Of a stretch of 64,000 nucleotides of DNA, positions 21,566-31,704 are shown in pieces. A program made the position numbers and the translations under genes. Under the pieces are notes generated by a model. The model ran no database searches. It was not told the DNA's origin and saw only the letters and a list, made by a program, of their open reading frames with translations. How positions within the stretch are numbered: position 1 is the first letter of the stretch; each line of letters opens with the position of its first letter. Source of the stretch: an uncultured delta proteobacterium (GTDB lineage: Bacteria > Myxococcota_A > Polyangia > Polyangiales > Houyiibacteriaceae); assembly GCA_963699755.1 (NCBI GenBank), contig CAVOVB010000010.1, positions 192,001 to 256,000 of the forward strand. Direction: 5' to 3'.

Positions 21566-22906
21566 ATGAGTTACAGCGCATCCTTTCGTTGCGTCGCCGG
21601 TTGCAGCGGGTCTTATCCTCTCACTCAGGTGATCTACTCCTGCCCGAGCTGCGGAGAGCTCCTCGAAGTCCAGCACGACATGGAAGCTTTGAAGACCCGA
21701 AGCGGCTCCTCTTGGAGCAAGCTTTTCGATCAACGTTGGATGACGCGGGACTGGCCGTACGGTAGCGGAGTCTGGGGCAAGAAGGAGTGGGTGCAGCCCA
21801 TGCTGCGTGACGAGAACGTCGTGTCCATGGCAGAAGGCGGAACCAACCTCTTCTGGGCGGAGCGCTACGGCAAAACCCTCGGCCTCGACGATGTGTGGAT
21901 CAAGAACTGCGGCAACAGTCACACGGGCTCCTTCAAGGATCTCGGCATGACCGTCCTGGTGAGCACGGTGAAACAGGCGATTGAAGACGGGCAACCGATT
22001 CGTGCTATCGCATGTGCATCGACTGGTGACACCTCGGCCGCGGTTGCGGCGTATTGCGCCTCCGCAGGGATCCCCTCGGTGGTCTTGCTGCCGAAGGGCA
22101 AAGTAACCACAGCGCAGCTCGTTCAGCCCTTGGCCAACGGCGCACTCGTCTGCGCGCTCGATACCGACTTCGACGGCTGCATGGAGATCGTCCAGAAGCT
22201 CACGACCGAACAGGGCATCTACCTCGCGAACTCGATGAACTCTCTTCGACTAGAAGGGCAAAAGACGGTCGCCATCGAGATTGTCCAGCAGTTCGACTGG
22301 AAAGCACCCGACTGGGTGATCATTCCAGGTGGCAATCTCGGTAACGTCGCCGCGCTGGGCGCGGGCTTCAACATGATGCTCGAGCTTGGTCTGATTTCGA
22401 CGCGGCCACGGATCTGCCTGGCGCAGGCCGAACAAGCCAATCCCCTCTATCGGGCGTACAAGCAAGGCTGGGACAGCTTCGAACCAATCACCGCCGGCCC
22501 GACCGAGGCCAGCGCCATCCGAATTGGCAATCCCGTGAGTGTCCGCCGAGCGATTCGGGCGCTCGAGGCGTTCGATGGCGTGGTCGAACAGGCGAGTGAG
22601 TCAGAGCTCGCTGAAGCGTCGGCGGCGGCAGACCGGGCTGGCAGCTATACCTGCCCCCACACCGGCGTTGCGCTTGCAGCCCTCGAGAAGCTTCGCGCCC
22701 AGGGCATGATCGAACCCGGGCAGCGCGTCGTGGTCATCTCCACCGCCAACGGCCTGAAGTTCACCCAGTTCAAGATTCGCTATCACGAGAACGAAATCCC
22801 TGGGGTCGAGAGCAAGCACCCCAATACGCCAGTGAGTCTCCCAAGCGAGTTCGAAGCGGTGAAGGCTTCGGTGTTTCGAGAGCTCGACAAGCGAGCCAAG
22901 GCCTAG
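21566..22906 (+). CDS. thrC: Threonine synthase
   Basis: [10 protein letters not shown] (PLP Lys), [22 protein letters not shown] and STANGLKF. Confidence 0.95.
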   Translation: MSYSASFRCVAGCSGSYPLTQVIYSCPSCGELLEVQHDMEALKTRSGSSWSKLFDQRWMTRDWPYGSGVWGKKEWVQPMLRDENVVSMAEGGTNLFWAERYGKTLGLDDVWIKNCGNSHTGSFKDLGMTVLVSTVKQAIEDGQPIRAIACASTGDTSAAVAAYCASAGIPSVVLLPKGKVTTAQLVQPLANGALVCALDTDFDGCMEIVQKLTTEQGIYLANSMNSLRLEGQKTVAIEIVQQFDWKAPDWVIIPGGNLGNVAALGAGFNMMLELGLISTRPRICLAQAEQANPLYRAYKQGWDSFEPITAGPTEASAIRIGNPVSVRRAIRALEAFDGVVEQASESELAEASAAADRAGSYTCPHTGVALAALEKLRAQGMIEPGQRVVVISTANGLKFTQFKIRYHENEIPGVESKHPNTPVSLPSEFEAVKASVFRELDKRAKA

Positions 22907-22924
22907 CGCCCTCCCGGCGGCAGC

Positions 22925-23185
22925 TCAGGTTCCGAGTCTGCTCGCCAGCAGCTCTCGATCTTCTCGGCGTAGGTTGACGAAGCGCATCCGGACTTCGAAA
23001 TGCGTTTCGTCGACGCGTTTCGCGCCGAGCACCCTGCCCTCGAAGATCCGGTCGCCCGCATCACTGCTTGCCCTGAAGCGAATCGGCGAACCCGGCGCGA
23101 ATGCTCGCGGGCTCAGGAGCTTCATGAGGTCTCGATCGAAGTCGATCGCCTCGGCGTCCTCGCCGCTCTCCAAGCGAAGCTTCAC
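22925..23185 (-). CDS. Small hypothetical protein, possibly PilZ-like beta-barrel
   Basis: Co-oriented, 3 bp after smpB; ends in the PilZ-like pattern G+V...MRFVNL; RxxxR motif absent. Confidence 0.55.
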   Translation of the reverse strand: MKLRLESGEDAEAIDFDRDLMKLLSPRAFAPGSPIRFRASSDAGDRIFEGRVLGAKRVDETHFEVRMRFVNLRREDRELLASRLGT

Positions 23186-23188
23186 GGC

Positions 23189-23677
23189 TCAACCCTTTCG
23201 CCGCTGCATCGCTGCCCGCGCTTCCTTCAGGTCTTCCTGGCGACGGATCGATTCGCGTTCGTCGCCCTTCTTCTTGCCCAGGCCCAGGCCGAGCTGAACC
23301 TTCGCGACACCGTTCTTGAAGTACACCTGAAGGGGAATCAGCGCGTACCCGCGCATCGTCAGCCGGCCGCGGAGCTTTTCGATTTCACGCTTGTGCACCA
23401 GCAGCTTTCGACGGCGCTGCGTCTCGTGACCCGCATGGCCTCCCATTTCGTAGGGCGCGATGTGCATGCCGTAGAGGAAGAGCTCGTCGGCATCGATTCG
23501 GCAGTAGGCGCCCTCGAGGTTGGCGCGGCGGGCCCGCAGGCTCTTCACCTCGGTACCGTAGAGTACCATTCCGGCCTCGAGCCGCTCCTCGATGTCGTAT
23601 CGCTTGGCGGCCATTGGGTTCCGGCACACCAGGAGCTCCATCCCTGGGACACCTTTGTCAACGCGCTTCTTCGCCAT
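23189..23677 (-). CDS. smpB: SsrA-binding protein
   Basis: EAGMVLYGTEVKSLR, RKLLVHKREI and GKKKGDERE. Confidence 0.95.
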   Translation of the reverse strand: MAKKRVDKGVPGMELLVCRNPMAAKRYDIEERLEAGMVLYGTEVKSLRARRANLEGAYCRIDADELFLYGMHIAPYEMGGHAGHETQRRRKLLVHKREIEKLRGRLTMRGYALIPLQVYFKNGVAKVQLGLGLGKKKGDERESIRRQEDLKEARAAMQRRKG

Positions 23678-24434
23678 CGCCTGCCGGCTCTAGCACGGCG
23701 TCTCCGCCTTTGCGAAGCCGTTCGAGCCATTCGAGCTCCGCTTTGAAGCGCGCGGCAGCGGGCGAATCGCCGCGCGTCTCGGCGTCTCCAAGAGCCCGCT
23801 TCCGCTTCTCGATCTCGCGGTCCCAATCGGCGACGACGGAAGGTGAGTCATCGGGCGTCCAGCCACGAACCGTCGCTCTGACCGGAAACCGAACACGCGC
23901 GTCGCGGGTCGGCGCGCCGGGAACCGTCACCTCGAGAAGAAGGCGCGGCCATGACGGATCGATCTCGATCACGCAGGGGAGCTCGCCCCAATCGGGGCTC
24001 GGTCGGAAGACCTCCGACACGAAGCCCTCGGGACTGACTTGAGCCCAAACCAGACAGGTCCTCCCGCGCTCTCGAATCGCCACCACGATGTCGCGCTGCC
24101 CGTCCCGGTCGAAGTCCGGGCGAGGATCGGGCGCGAGCTCCACCCAGAGCCATTCGAGCCAGCGAACATCGGGAACCTGTATTGAGAGGGCAGGCCCCCG
24201 CGAGGTGACGACACGGACTGTCGAGTCGGGGCCACGCTTCGCACCAAAGGCCACGTAGTATCGTTCGTCGATCCGCCGGCCAAGCGTGAATCCGTGATTG
24301 CGAAGGTCTTCGATGATCGCATTCGCTTCCTGGCGAGGGTCCACGCCGATCCGCAGGTAGTCCAATGGGTCTTGGACCTGCTCGGACTTGGCGCATCCGA
24401 TCACGACTGCGCATGCAAAGACGATAGACCGCAC
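23658..24434 (-). CDS. Hypothetical lipoprotein
   Basis: Short signal peptide with lipobox-like VIGC; DFDRDGQRD Ca-binding-like motif. Confidence 0.65.
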   Translation of the reverse strand: MRSIVFACAVVIGCAKSEQVQDPLDYLRIGVDPRQEANAIIEDLRNHGFTLGRRIDERYYVAFGAKRGPDSTVRVVTSRGPALSIQVPDVRWLEWLWVELAPDPRPDFDRDGQRDIVVAIRERGRTCLVWAQVSPEGFVSEVFRPSPDWGELPCVIEIDPSWPRLLLEVTVPGAPTRDARVRFPVRATVRGWTPDDSPSVVADWDREIEKRKRALGDAETRGDSPAAARFKAELEWLERLRKGGDAVLEPAGDGEEAR

Positions 24435-24443
24435 GCTGTGACT

Positions 24444-25067
24444 TTACGTCGCCTGAGCAAGAACGCGAGTCGCCAAGACCAAGGTTTTCACCTCCAAGAC
24501 ACCTCCAGCTCGCAGGGCTTTCGAGGCCGCCCGCAAGGTTGCCCCGGTGGTTCTGACGTCGTCGATTAGAAGAACCCGCGGGAGGCCTCGCAGTCGCCGA
24601 GGCGCAAATGCTCCAGCGATGTTTCTTTGTCGTTCACGATGTGGCAGATCGACCTGACTCGGCGTGTTGCGAACCCGACGAAGGCCACGAAGCAGCAGAG
24701 GAACATCGAGCGCCTTCGCCACAGGTTTCGCAAGAAGCGCAGCTTGATCGTAGCCGCGTGAGCGTCTCCGGCGCCAATGCAGGGGAACCGGCACGACTGC
24801 ATCGACATGGCCAGCTAGTCGTTGCGCATGAGCAGCCATTAGCGCTCCGAGTGCCGCAGCGAGCTCACTGCGACCATCGTACTTGAAGCGCTGAATCGCA
24901 TCCGCGATGGGACCGCCATACTCGAAGATCGCGCTCGGTTCGGAGGCGCGCTGGGCGAGCACTGAACATGAAGCGCAAAAGACGGCGGCGACATCCGATA
25001 CTTCATCGCATCCTGGGCACCGATTCGGCGCCAGCAAGGTTAGCAAGCCGTGGAGGAGATGGGGCAT
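24444..25067 (-). CDS. comF: ComF-family phosphoribosyltransferase-like protein
   Basis: CPGC...CASC Zn ribbon, PVPLH, RGYDQA and LIDDVRTTGAT. Confidence 0.9.
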   Translation of the reverse strand: MPHLLHGLLTLLAPNRCPGCDEVSDVAAVFCASCSVLAQRASEPSAIFEYGGPIADAIQRFKYDGRSELAAALGALMAAHAQRLAGHVDAVVPVPLHWRRRRSRGYDQAALLAKPVAKALDVPLLLRGLRRVRNTPSQVDLPHRERQRNIAGAFAPRRLRGLPRVLLIDDVRTTGATLRAASKALRAGGVLEVKTLVLATRVLAQAT

Positions 25068-25155
25068 GGCGATGTATCGGACTGTCGCCTAGCCCGTTGC
25101 CCTCCCGGACCCTTGCGATGGAACCGACGCCGGCGCTGGCACTATCTCCGCCCCG

Positions 25156-25596
25156 CTAGTGGTCGTAAGGCTCCCCACGGAGAATCGAAAAACCCCGGTA
25201 GATTTGCTCGGCCAGAAACAGGCGGGCGAGCCGATGCGGCAGTGTCATCGCTGAGAGCGACAGACTGAGATCCGCATGCTTCGAGAGCTGCTGCGGAAGC
25301 CCGTACGCGCCACCGATTAGAAAGACCACTGATTGCACCGAGTCGTTTTCGGCATGCCCCAACCAGGTCGCGAGGTCTCGGCTGCTCAAGGAGCGCCCCT
25401 CGACTTCGAGCGCAATGACCCTCGAGCGATCCGGAATGTGCCGGGCGAATCGTTCCGCGAGCTCTTCGACGTCCCCGTCCTTGAGCTCAATCTCTTCGAG
25501 CTTTGCGTAGCGCCCGATGCGCGCATAGTAGTCGCCGAGCAATGACCGCAGAGCGCGGTCCTTTGCTTTTCCAACAGCGATGATGCGTACGCGCAC
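25156..25596 (-). CDS. rlmH: 23S rRNA pseudouridine(1915)-N3 methyltransferase
   Basis: IAVGK, FLIGGAYG, LSLSAMTLPH and EQIYRG...PY. Confidence 0.95.
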   Translation of the reverse strand: MRVRIIAVGKAKDRALRSLLGDYYARIGRYAKLEEIELKDGDVEELAERFARHIPDRSRVIALEVEGRSLSSRDLATWLGHAENDSVQSVVFLIGGAYGLPQQLSKHADLSLSLSAMTLPHRLARLFLAEQIYRGFSILRGEPYDH

Positions 25597-25605
25597 GACC
25601 TGGGT

Positions 25606-26049
25606 CTAGGGGAACCTAAAGCCTTCGTCGGGCTCTTGGCCTTCGAACTGCACGCGTTCGGCATCTAGCCAGAGCCCTTCGAGGTCGTAGTAGCCGCGGG
25701 TGTCCTGATGGAAGATGTGCACGACGACATCACCGAAATCAAGCAGCACCCACTTGCCCTGCGGGAGCCCTTCGACACCTGAGCAGCGCGAACCATACTT
25801 GTGCTTGAGGTCCTCCTCGATGCCACGTGCGATCGCTGCGACCTGGCGATCGCTTCGCCCGCTCATCACCACGACATAGTCCGTGTAGTCGACCTTGCCC
25901 CGGACATCGATGATTTCGATCCTCGCTGCCTTTTTCTCGAGCGCCGCCTCGGCGACCTTCAAAGCCAGCTCGCGGCCGACTAGTTGGTCTTTGTTCGTAG
26001 CGGAGCTCGTGTTCGCGTCCAGTTGTGCGCCTTCTGCTTGTTTGGCCAA
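25606..26049 (-). CDS. rsfS: Ribosome silencing factor
   Basis: EKKA, SDRQV, WVLLDFGDVVVHIF and YDLEGLW; GGAGG SD before the TTG start. Confidence 0.95.
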   Translation of the reverse strand: MAKQAEGAQLDANTSSATNKDQLVGRELALKVAEAALEKKAARIEIIDVRGKVDYTDYVVVMSGRSDRQVAAIARGIEEDLKHKYGSRCSGVEGLPQGKWVLLDFGDVVVHIFHQDTRGYYDLEGLWLDAERVQFEGQEPDEGFRFP

Positions 26050-26062
26050 CTAGTCTCCTCCT

Positions 26063-27328
26063 TCACTGCCGAACTTGGCCGTCGCCTTGGCCGACCCATT
26101 TGAGAGCACAGAGCTCAGCCAGGCCCATTGGACCATACGCATGGAGCTTTGTTGTCGAAATTCCGATTTCGGCGCCCAGGCCGAGCGCAAATCCGTCGTT
26201 GAAGCGAGTCGACGCATTGACGAGAACGAGGCTCGCATCGACTTCTCGCAACCAGCGATCGGCGTTGGCCTTGTCCTTGGTGACGATCGCCTCGGTGTGA
26301 TTCGAGCCGTGCTCGGCCACGTGCGCGAGCGCACCATCGATTCCATCGACGACCCCTACATTGAGAATCAAGTCGAGGTACTCTGTGTCCCAATCCGTGT
26401 CGCTCGCCCGCTTCGCTCCGGCCAAGTACGCGATTGCGCGATCGTCTGCCCGGATCTCGACGCCTTCAGCAGCCATCGCCGCACCGAGCTTCGGCAGGAA
26501 AGTTGGCGCGAGGTCGGCGTCGACCAGGAGCGTTTCCATCGCGTTGCAGACGCCCGGACGCTGCACTTTGGCGTTCAGGGCGATCTGGATGGCCATTTCT
26601 GGGTCAGCGCTTCGGTCGATAAAGACGTGACATACACCTTTGTAGTGCTGAATGACAGGAACTCTAGCGTGCTCGGCGACGAACCGAATCAATCCTTCTC
26701 CACCCCTTGGTATAACCATGTCCAGGATACCATCAAGACCGATCATCACCAAAGTCGCTTGTCGATCCGTCGTAGGAAGGAGCGTGACGGCCGCAGGGGG
26801 CAGCCCCTCCGCCCCGAGCGCCTTCGTGAACACCTCTGCGATCGCCGAATTGCTGTGAAACGCTTCCTTGCCGCCACGAAGCAGGACCGCGTTCCCACTC
26901 TTGAGGCAGAGGGAGGCCGCGTCTGCCGTCACGTTCGGCCTAGATTCGTAGATGATCCCGATGAGCCCGAGCGGTGCGCGCATCTTGCCGACGCGAAGGC
27001 CGTTGTCGAGCACACGTTCTTCGACGACGGTGCCGACTGGATCGGGGAGCGCGGCGACTTGGTCGAGGCCGTCAGCGACGCCATCGAGACGCTTCCGATC
27101 GAGCAGCAGGCGATCGAGCATCGCTTTCGAGAGGCCCATGGTTTCGGCTGCACGCATGTCTTTGACATTCGCTTCGATCACGCGATTGCCAGCCGCGCCG
27201 CGCAGCTCTTCGGCCGCTCGGCGCAGGACGGCATTCTTCTGCTCGGTACTTGCGTTCGCAATCAGCCGAGAAGCGTCTTTGGCTCGTTGGGCCAGGCCCC
27301 TGACGAGCGCGGTCAGGTCATCGCTCAT
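26063..27328 (-). CDS. proA: Glutamate-5-semialdehyde dehydrogenase
   Basis: IYESRPNVT, VCNAME and NASTRFNDG...GAEIGISTTKLHAYGPMG; start MSDD. Confidence 0.96.
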   Translation of the reverse strand: MSDDLTALVRGLAQRAKDASRLIANASTEQKNAVLRRAAEELRGAAGNRVIEANVKDMRAAETMGLSKAMLDRLLLDRKRLDGVADGLDQVAALPDPVGTVVEERVLDNGLRVGKMRAPLGLIGIIYESRPNVTADAASLCLKSGNAVLLRGGKEAFHSNSAIAEVFTKALGAEGLPPAAVTLLPTTDRQATLVMIGLDGILDMVIPRGGEGLIRFVAEHARVPVIQHYKGVCHVFIDRSADPEMAIQIALNAKVQRPGVCNAMETLLVDADLAPTFLPKLGAAMAAEGVEIRADDRAIAYLAGAKRASDTDWDTEYLDLILNVGVVDGIDGALAHVAEHGSNHTEAIVTKDKANADRWLREVDASLVLVNASTRFNDGFALGLGAEIGISTTKLHAYGPMGLAELCALKWVGQGDGQVRQ

Positions 27329-27374
27329 AGCCGGTGACGGTAGCACCTTTTCCCGCAAGCGGGAGCCGGGCTGC

Positions 27375-28484
27375 TCAGGCCCCATTCTTGGTCAGAACGA
27401 TGTCGTCCCGATGCACGACTTCGTCGCCTGCGTGACTTCCGATTCGCTCTGCGATCTGCTGACTGTGTCCGCCTGCCAGAACACGAACCTCGTCGGCACC
27501 GTACCGCGCGAGACCACGCGCAAGCTCGATTCCCGACTCGTTGACGATCGACACTGCGTCCCCGACCTTGAACGACCCCGCCACCGAAACGACGCCTGCC
27601 GGCAAGAGACTCGAATGATGCTTCTCGAGCGCGCGGCATGCGCCGGCGTCGACCACGATGCGCCCACGCGACTTGAGCGTGTACGCGATCCAGTGCTTTC
27701 GGCTCGGCAGAGGCGAACCGTGCGGTAGCAGCAGCGTTCCCACATCTTCGCCTTGCATCAGCGCCTCCAGGAAGCCTGGCGATCCCGCCGGACCTATGAC
27801 GACCGGCAAACCATGCAGTGTGGCACGTCGCGCGGCCTCGACTTTCGATTGCATCCCGCCGAGCCCCACGTCGCCCTCGGACGGCTTGATGAACCCTTCG
27901 ACGTCCGAAACTTCGCGCACGAGCGAGACCCGCGTGCCTTGATCATCGAGAATGCCAACGACGTCGCTCAACAAGACCAGCAGGTCGGCGCCTACCAAGG
28001 TGCAGACCATCGCGGCGAGCTGATCGTTGTCGCCGAAGCGGAGCTCATCGATCGACACGGTATCGTTCTCGTTGATGATCGGAACCACACCGAGCTTGAG
28101 AAGCTCATCGATCGCCTGGCGTGCGTGAAGATAGCGATCTCGGTCCGTGACTACGTCGTGAGTCAGCAGGACCTGCGCCACGTGAATTCCAAGTCGCTCG
28201 AACGCATCTTCGTAGGCGCGCATCAGCAAGGACTGCCCCGTCGCGGCTGCTGCCTGAAGCAGCGAAATCTTCTTGGGGCGCTCGGTCAGCCCGAGCCGCT
28301 CCTTGCCGACTGCGACTGCACCCGAGGAGACGACAACGACCTTTCGACCTGCCGTCAACTGGGTCGCGACCTGGGTGGCCACCTGTGCGAACCGGCCCCC
28401 TTCGGCGCAGAGCGCACGGCTGCCGATCTTGACCACCATTCGCTTGCAATCGCGAAGGGCGGTTCTGGTTTGGTCGTGAGTCAT
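27375..28484 (-). CDS. proB: Glutamate 5-kinase (with PUA domain)
   Basis: VVKIGS, SSGAV, INENDTV, FGDND and GGMQSKV; start MTHD. Confidence 0.96.
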   Translation of the reverse strand: MTHDQTRTALRDCKRMVVKIGSRALCAEGGRFAQVATQVATQLTAGRKVVVVSSGAVAVGKERLGLTERPKKISLLQAAAATGQSLLMRAYEDAFERLGIHVAQVLLTHDVVTDRDRYLHARQAIDELLKLGVVPIINENDTVSIDELRFGDNDQLAAMVCTLVGADLLVLLSDVVGILDDQGTRVSLVREVSDVEGFIKPSEGDVGLGGMQSKVEAARRATLHGLPVVIGPAGSPGFLEALMQGEDVGTLLLPHGSPLPSRKHWIAYTLKSRGRIVVDAGACRALEKHHSSLLPAGVVSVAGSFKVGDAVSIVNESGIELARGLARYGADEVRVLAGGHSQQIAERIGSHAGDEVVHRDDIVLTKNGA

Positions 28485-28570
28485 TTCCAGCCCCTTCAAT
28501 CGCACCCTGAACGCCCCGCTGCAACTGGGGTCCAAAAAGGGGACAGGCGCCTTGTGGCTGGTAGCATGGG

Positions 28571-29476
28571 ATGATGCTTGCAGCCGAGGTAGCGCGCTGG
28601 TTCGTCTGGCTGGTGGCTTTCGCGTGGGGTGCCGCCTGGGGGAGCTTCTTCAACGTCGCGATCTACCGCTGGCCGCGGGGCATGTCGGTGGTACGTCCGC
28701 CGAGTCATTGCCCCGGTTGTGGGGAGCCGATTCGGGTGTGGAACAACGTACCGATTCTCGGCTGGCTCTTCTTGCGCGGAAAGGCCTCCTGTTGCGGCAC
28801 TGCGATCTCGCCACGCTATCCGCTCGTCGAGCTTCTGACCGCAGTCCTTTGCGTTGCGATTTCGGAGATCTGGATCGTCCGAGCTCCTCCGGGAACGCTT
28901 CTCCTTCACGCCACCATCGAAACGATTCTCTACTTCGTGTTTGCGGGCGGACTCCTGATCGCCACTTTCGTCGATCTCGAATGGCTCGAGATCCCCGACG
29001 AGGTGAGCCTGCCCTGCGCGGCGCTCGGCCTGATGAGCGCTCCGCTTCGCACCGAGCCTGGACTCTGGTCCTCCGCGGTCGGCGCAGGTGCCGCCTACCT
29101 CGTGGTGCAGTTGGTCTTCGTCTGGGGTTACGAGCACATCGCCGGGCGCCGGGGCATGGGCGAAGGGGATTCGAAGCTCCTGCTCATGATCGGCGCGTTT
29201 CTGGGGTGGAAAGGCGCGCTCTTCAGCGTTGTCGCGGGGTCCCTGCAAGGGCTGCTGTTCGCGGCCTTCGCCCTGGTCACCGGGCGAAAACTGATGCCGG
29301 AGATCGACGAACGCGTCATCGATGGGGAAGTGATCGAGGCGCCCGAGGAGCCCGACGCCAGTCGCTTCGGACAACTCAAGCTTCCATTTGGGCCGTTTCT
29401 TGCCCTAGGCGCTCTCGAGTACCTTCTCGCCGGAGACGCGATTCTGTCTTGGTACTTCGGCCTCCTGCAACGCTAG
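28571..29476 (+). CDS. pilD: Prepilin peptidase (A24)
   Basis: GSFFNVAIYRWP, SHCPGC, RYPLVE and GMGEGDSKL; start 28571 or 28574. Confidence 0.93.
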   Translation: MMLAAEVARWFVWLVAFAWGAAWGSFFNVAIYRWPRGMSVVRPPSHCPGCGEPIRVWNNVPILGWLFLRGKASCCGTAISPRYPLVELLTAVLCVAISEIWIVRAPPGTLLLHATIETILYFVFAGGLLIATFVDLEWLEIPDEVSLPCAALGLMSAPLRTEPGLWSSAVGAGAAYLVVQLVFVWGYEHIAGRRGMGEGDSKLLLMIGAFLGWKGALFSVVAGSLQGLLFAAFALVTGRKLMPEIDERVIDGEVIEAPEEPDASRFGQLKLPFGPFLALGALEYLLAGDAILSWYFGLLQR

Positions 29477-29480
29477 ACGT

Positions 29481-29783
29481 CTAGCGTCGGTACCCGCCGC
29501 GGCCACCACCACCGCCGCCGCCGCCGCCGCCGCCCTCACGCTCGCGCGCAAGGTCGACGCGAATGGTACGGCCGCCAAGCGAGGCGCCGTCCATCTGATC
29601 GCGGGCTGCCGCAGCGGCCTCTTCCGTACTGAAGGTCACGAACCCGAAGCCACGCGAACGTCCGGTCTCGCGATCGCTTACAACCTTGGCGTCTGTAACC
29701 TCACCGAACGGGGCGAATGCATCCTGAAGGTCTTCAGTGGTCGTGGCCCAGGCCAGGCCCCCGCAAAACAGTCTCTTACTCAT
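29481..29783 (-). CDS. RRM RNA-binding protein with Gly-rich tail
   Basis: RNP2 LFCGGL, RNP1 RGFGFVTF and a poly-Gly tail. Confidence 0.93.
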   Translation of the reverse strand: MSKRLFCGGLAWATTTEDLQDAFAPFGEVTDAKVVSDRETGRSRGFGFVTFSTEEAAAAARDQMDGASLGGRTIRVDLAREREGGGGGGGGGGGRGGYRR

Positions 29784-29834
29784 GGTCAACTCTTTCACTG
29801 TGCAGCTGAAACGGCGCCGTGCCGAGGCAGTGCT

Positions 29835-30200
29835 TCAATTCGATTCCGGCTTGCCGGATGCGCTCGATTGTACAGCTTGGAACCGATCCCACAAGGCCGG
29901 GGTCGACTGCTCACCCAAACTGGCCTTGTAGTCTTCGTCTTTCGCCCGGCCCTGGAGCTTGGCGATCTCGCCGATGAGCTTCTCACGGGAACCGACGTTC
30001 TTGCTGACCGCTTCGAAGACCTTCTCGAGATGGAGGAGCTTCTTGTTGGACACGTGATCCAAGCCCTTTTCTTCGCTCAAGCGCTCGAGCCAGAGGTCTT
30101 TGCCAGCGACCTTCTTGACGGCAGCGACCAGTTTCTCTTTCGCCTTCTTCGGGTCCTCTCCGAAGCGCGCTTTCACAATCGATAGGGGGGACTTGCTCAT
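29835..30200 (-). CDS. Basic hypothetical protein
   Basis: Lys-rich helical ORF starting MSKSPL upstream of the RRM gene; no motif recognised. Confidence 0.7.
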   Translation of the reverse strand: MSKSPLSIVKARFGEDPKKAKEKLVAAVKKVAGKDLWLERLSEEKGLDHVSNKKLLHLEKVFEAVSKNVGSREKLIGEIAKLQGRAKDEDYKASLGEQSTPALWDRFQAVQSSASGKPESN

Positions 30201-30340
30201 CAGGTGCACCTTCGCACCAAGACACCAGGTTTTCTGGGCTTTGGAGGGCCCGGAGTAGCACGGAGGCCCTCCTGCGCAAGCCGCCAAGCCCGTCCTCGCG
30301 GATTGAAATCAGCCGTGTAGAGCCTCGATAGAGGCCTCGC

Positions 30341-30384
30341 TTGACGATTATTCACAGCACTGTTACTAACAACACTGTGAATAA
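30341..30384 (+). promoter_or_regulatory. Sigma70-like promoter overlapped by a 37-bp palindrome, putative TetR operator
   Basis: TTGACG at 30341-30346; TTATTCACAG-cac-TGTTA-c-TAACA-aca-CTGTGAATAA (30348-30384) centred on 30366. Confidence 0.75.
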
Positions 30385-31051
30385 CCAGCGACTCAGTCGA
30401 ATCCAGGCGGTTTCCGGACTCCTCTTCTCCCTCTTCGCCCTGGTTCACCTCAGCAATACCGCCCTCGCGGTGCTGGGACCCGATCTATACGACGGCTTCC
30501 AGCGCTCGGTTCGGCGCTTCTACCAGTGGCCGCTCCTCGAGGTCGCCCTCGTCACGACCCTCGTCGTTCACACCGGCGCCGGCGTGCTGCGCATCCGCGG
30601 ACGGCGCGGTGGCAGGGCAAAGCCTCCGCTTCGACTCCGGCTCCACCGGTATGCAGCCTATTGCCTCGCCCTCTTCGTGTTCGGCCACATGGCGGCGACC
30701 CGGCTGCCTGCGCTGCTCGTCGATGCGCCGCCGTTCTTTGGGGGCGTGTCGTTCTCCCTCCACTACCTGCCCTGGTTCTTCTTTCCGTACTACGCGCTGC
30801 TCGGAATCGCTGGCCTTTACCATTTACTCTACGGCGTTCCGGTGGCGCTGGGCGTACTCGGCATCCGCGCGCCGCAAGCGATGCGTCGAGGCCCGGGCTT
30901 TTGGATTCCGGTCAGCGCAGGGGCGGCCATGATCGTCGTGGCTCTTCTGGGTTTTGGTGGCGCGCTCTACGAGATCGACGACCCGTTCGACAACGACTTT
31001 GCGCGCGCCTACGAGACGGCCGCGGCGTACTTCTGCGGCGAGGCGAAGTAG
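30377..31051 (+). CDS. Multi-pass membrane protein with His in TM helices (cytochrome b-like/DUF1691-like)
   Basis: About 5 TM segments; VHLSN, VHTG, GHMAATR and YHLLYG; GTG 30377 preferred over TTG 30341. Confidence 0.65.
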   Translation: MNNQRLSRIQAVSGLLFSLFALVHLSNTALAVLGPDLYDGFQRSVRRFYQWPLLEVALVTTLVVHTGAGVLRIRGRRGGRAKPPLRLRLHRYAAYCLALFVFGHMAATRLPALLVDAPPFFGGVSFSLHYLPWFFFPYYALLGIAGLYHLLYGVPVALGVLGIRAPQAMRRGPGFWIPVSAGAAMIVVALLGFGGALYEIDDPFDNDFARAYETAAAYFCGEAK

Positions 31052-31053
31052 CG

Positions 31054-31653
31054 ATGGGACGACCCAAAGACGCGGACCCGGAGCGAACCCGGCTCACCAT
31101 CCTAAACGCTGCCGAAGACGAGTTCGCAGAGCACGGTTTCCATGGGACCCGAATGGTGGCGATCGCCGAGCGCGCCGGGGTCACACACGGGCTGCTTCAC
31201 TACTACTTCGACTCCAAGGATCGGCTGTACGAAGAAGTGGTCGGGCGTCTCTTTCGCCGCCATCTCCGCCTGTTCGAACGGCTGGCTTCCGATGGAGCCG
31301 TGGTTTCGGCGCGCGACCTCGTCCTGCAAAGCTTCGATCTGTTCTGGGAATACCCCAATCAGGTGCGGATCATGCTCTGGGAGATGGCCTCGGGCGATGA
31401 CCGCGTGGAACGCTCGATGAAAGACTTCTACGACGGGATGGCGCGAGCCCTCGCGACCCTGCCGGCAAAAGCCCCATCGACCGAGCCCGGGCGAGACCCG
31501 CGCGATGTATACGTGTCGATACTCGGGGCGCTGGTCGTCTACTTCTTTCGCGACCCCGCCATCAAGAGGCTGTTCGGGGAGGAGCGTTTCACCGAAGCGG
31601 ACCGGAAACGCAGGCGAGCACACATGGGCGCGCTCCTCGACTTGTTGCTTTGA
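31054..31653 (+). CDS. TetR-family transcriptional regulator
   Basis: ILNAAEDEFAEHGFHGT...IAERAGVTHGLLHYYFDSKDRLY; start MGRPK at 31054. Confidence 0.93.
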   Translation: MGRPKDADPERTRLTILNAAEDEFAEHGFHGTRMVAIAERAGVTHGLLHYYFDSKDRLYEEVVGRLFRRHLRLFERLASDGAVVSARDLVLQSFDLFWEYPNQVRIMLWEMASGDDRVERSMKDFYDGMARALATLPAKAPSTEPGRDPRDVYVSILGALVVYFFRDPAIKRLFGEERFTEADRKRRRAHMGALLDLLL

Positions 31654-31704
31654 GCGACTGTCCGGTGGATTCGGTCTGCCTGGCGCAGTAGAGTCAGCCC
31701 GTTC

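Noticed and set aside
22907..25155. tmRNA (ssrA) near smpB
   Set aside because: No intergenic space or tRNA-like ends recognisable.
29496..29535. (CCG)n microsatellite
   Set aside because: Encodes the usual poly-Gly tail of the RRM protein.
30243..30272. GGAGGGCC...GGCCCTCC inverted repeat
   Set aside because: GC-rich, no U-tract and between divergent genes; no function can be supported.
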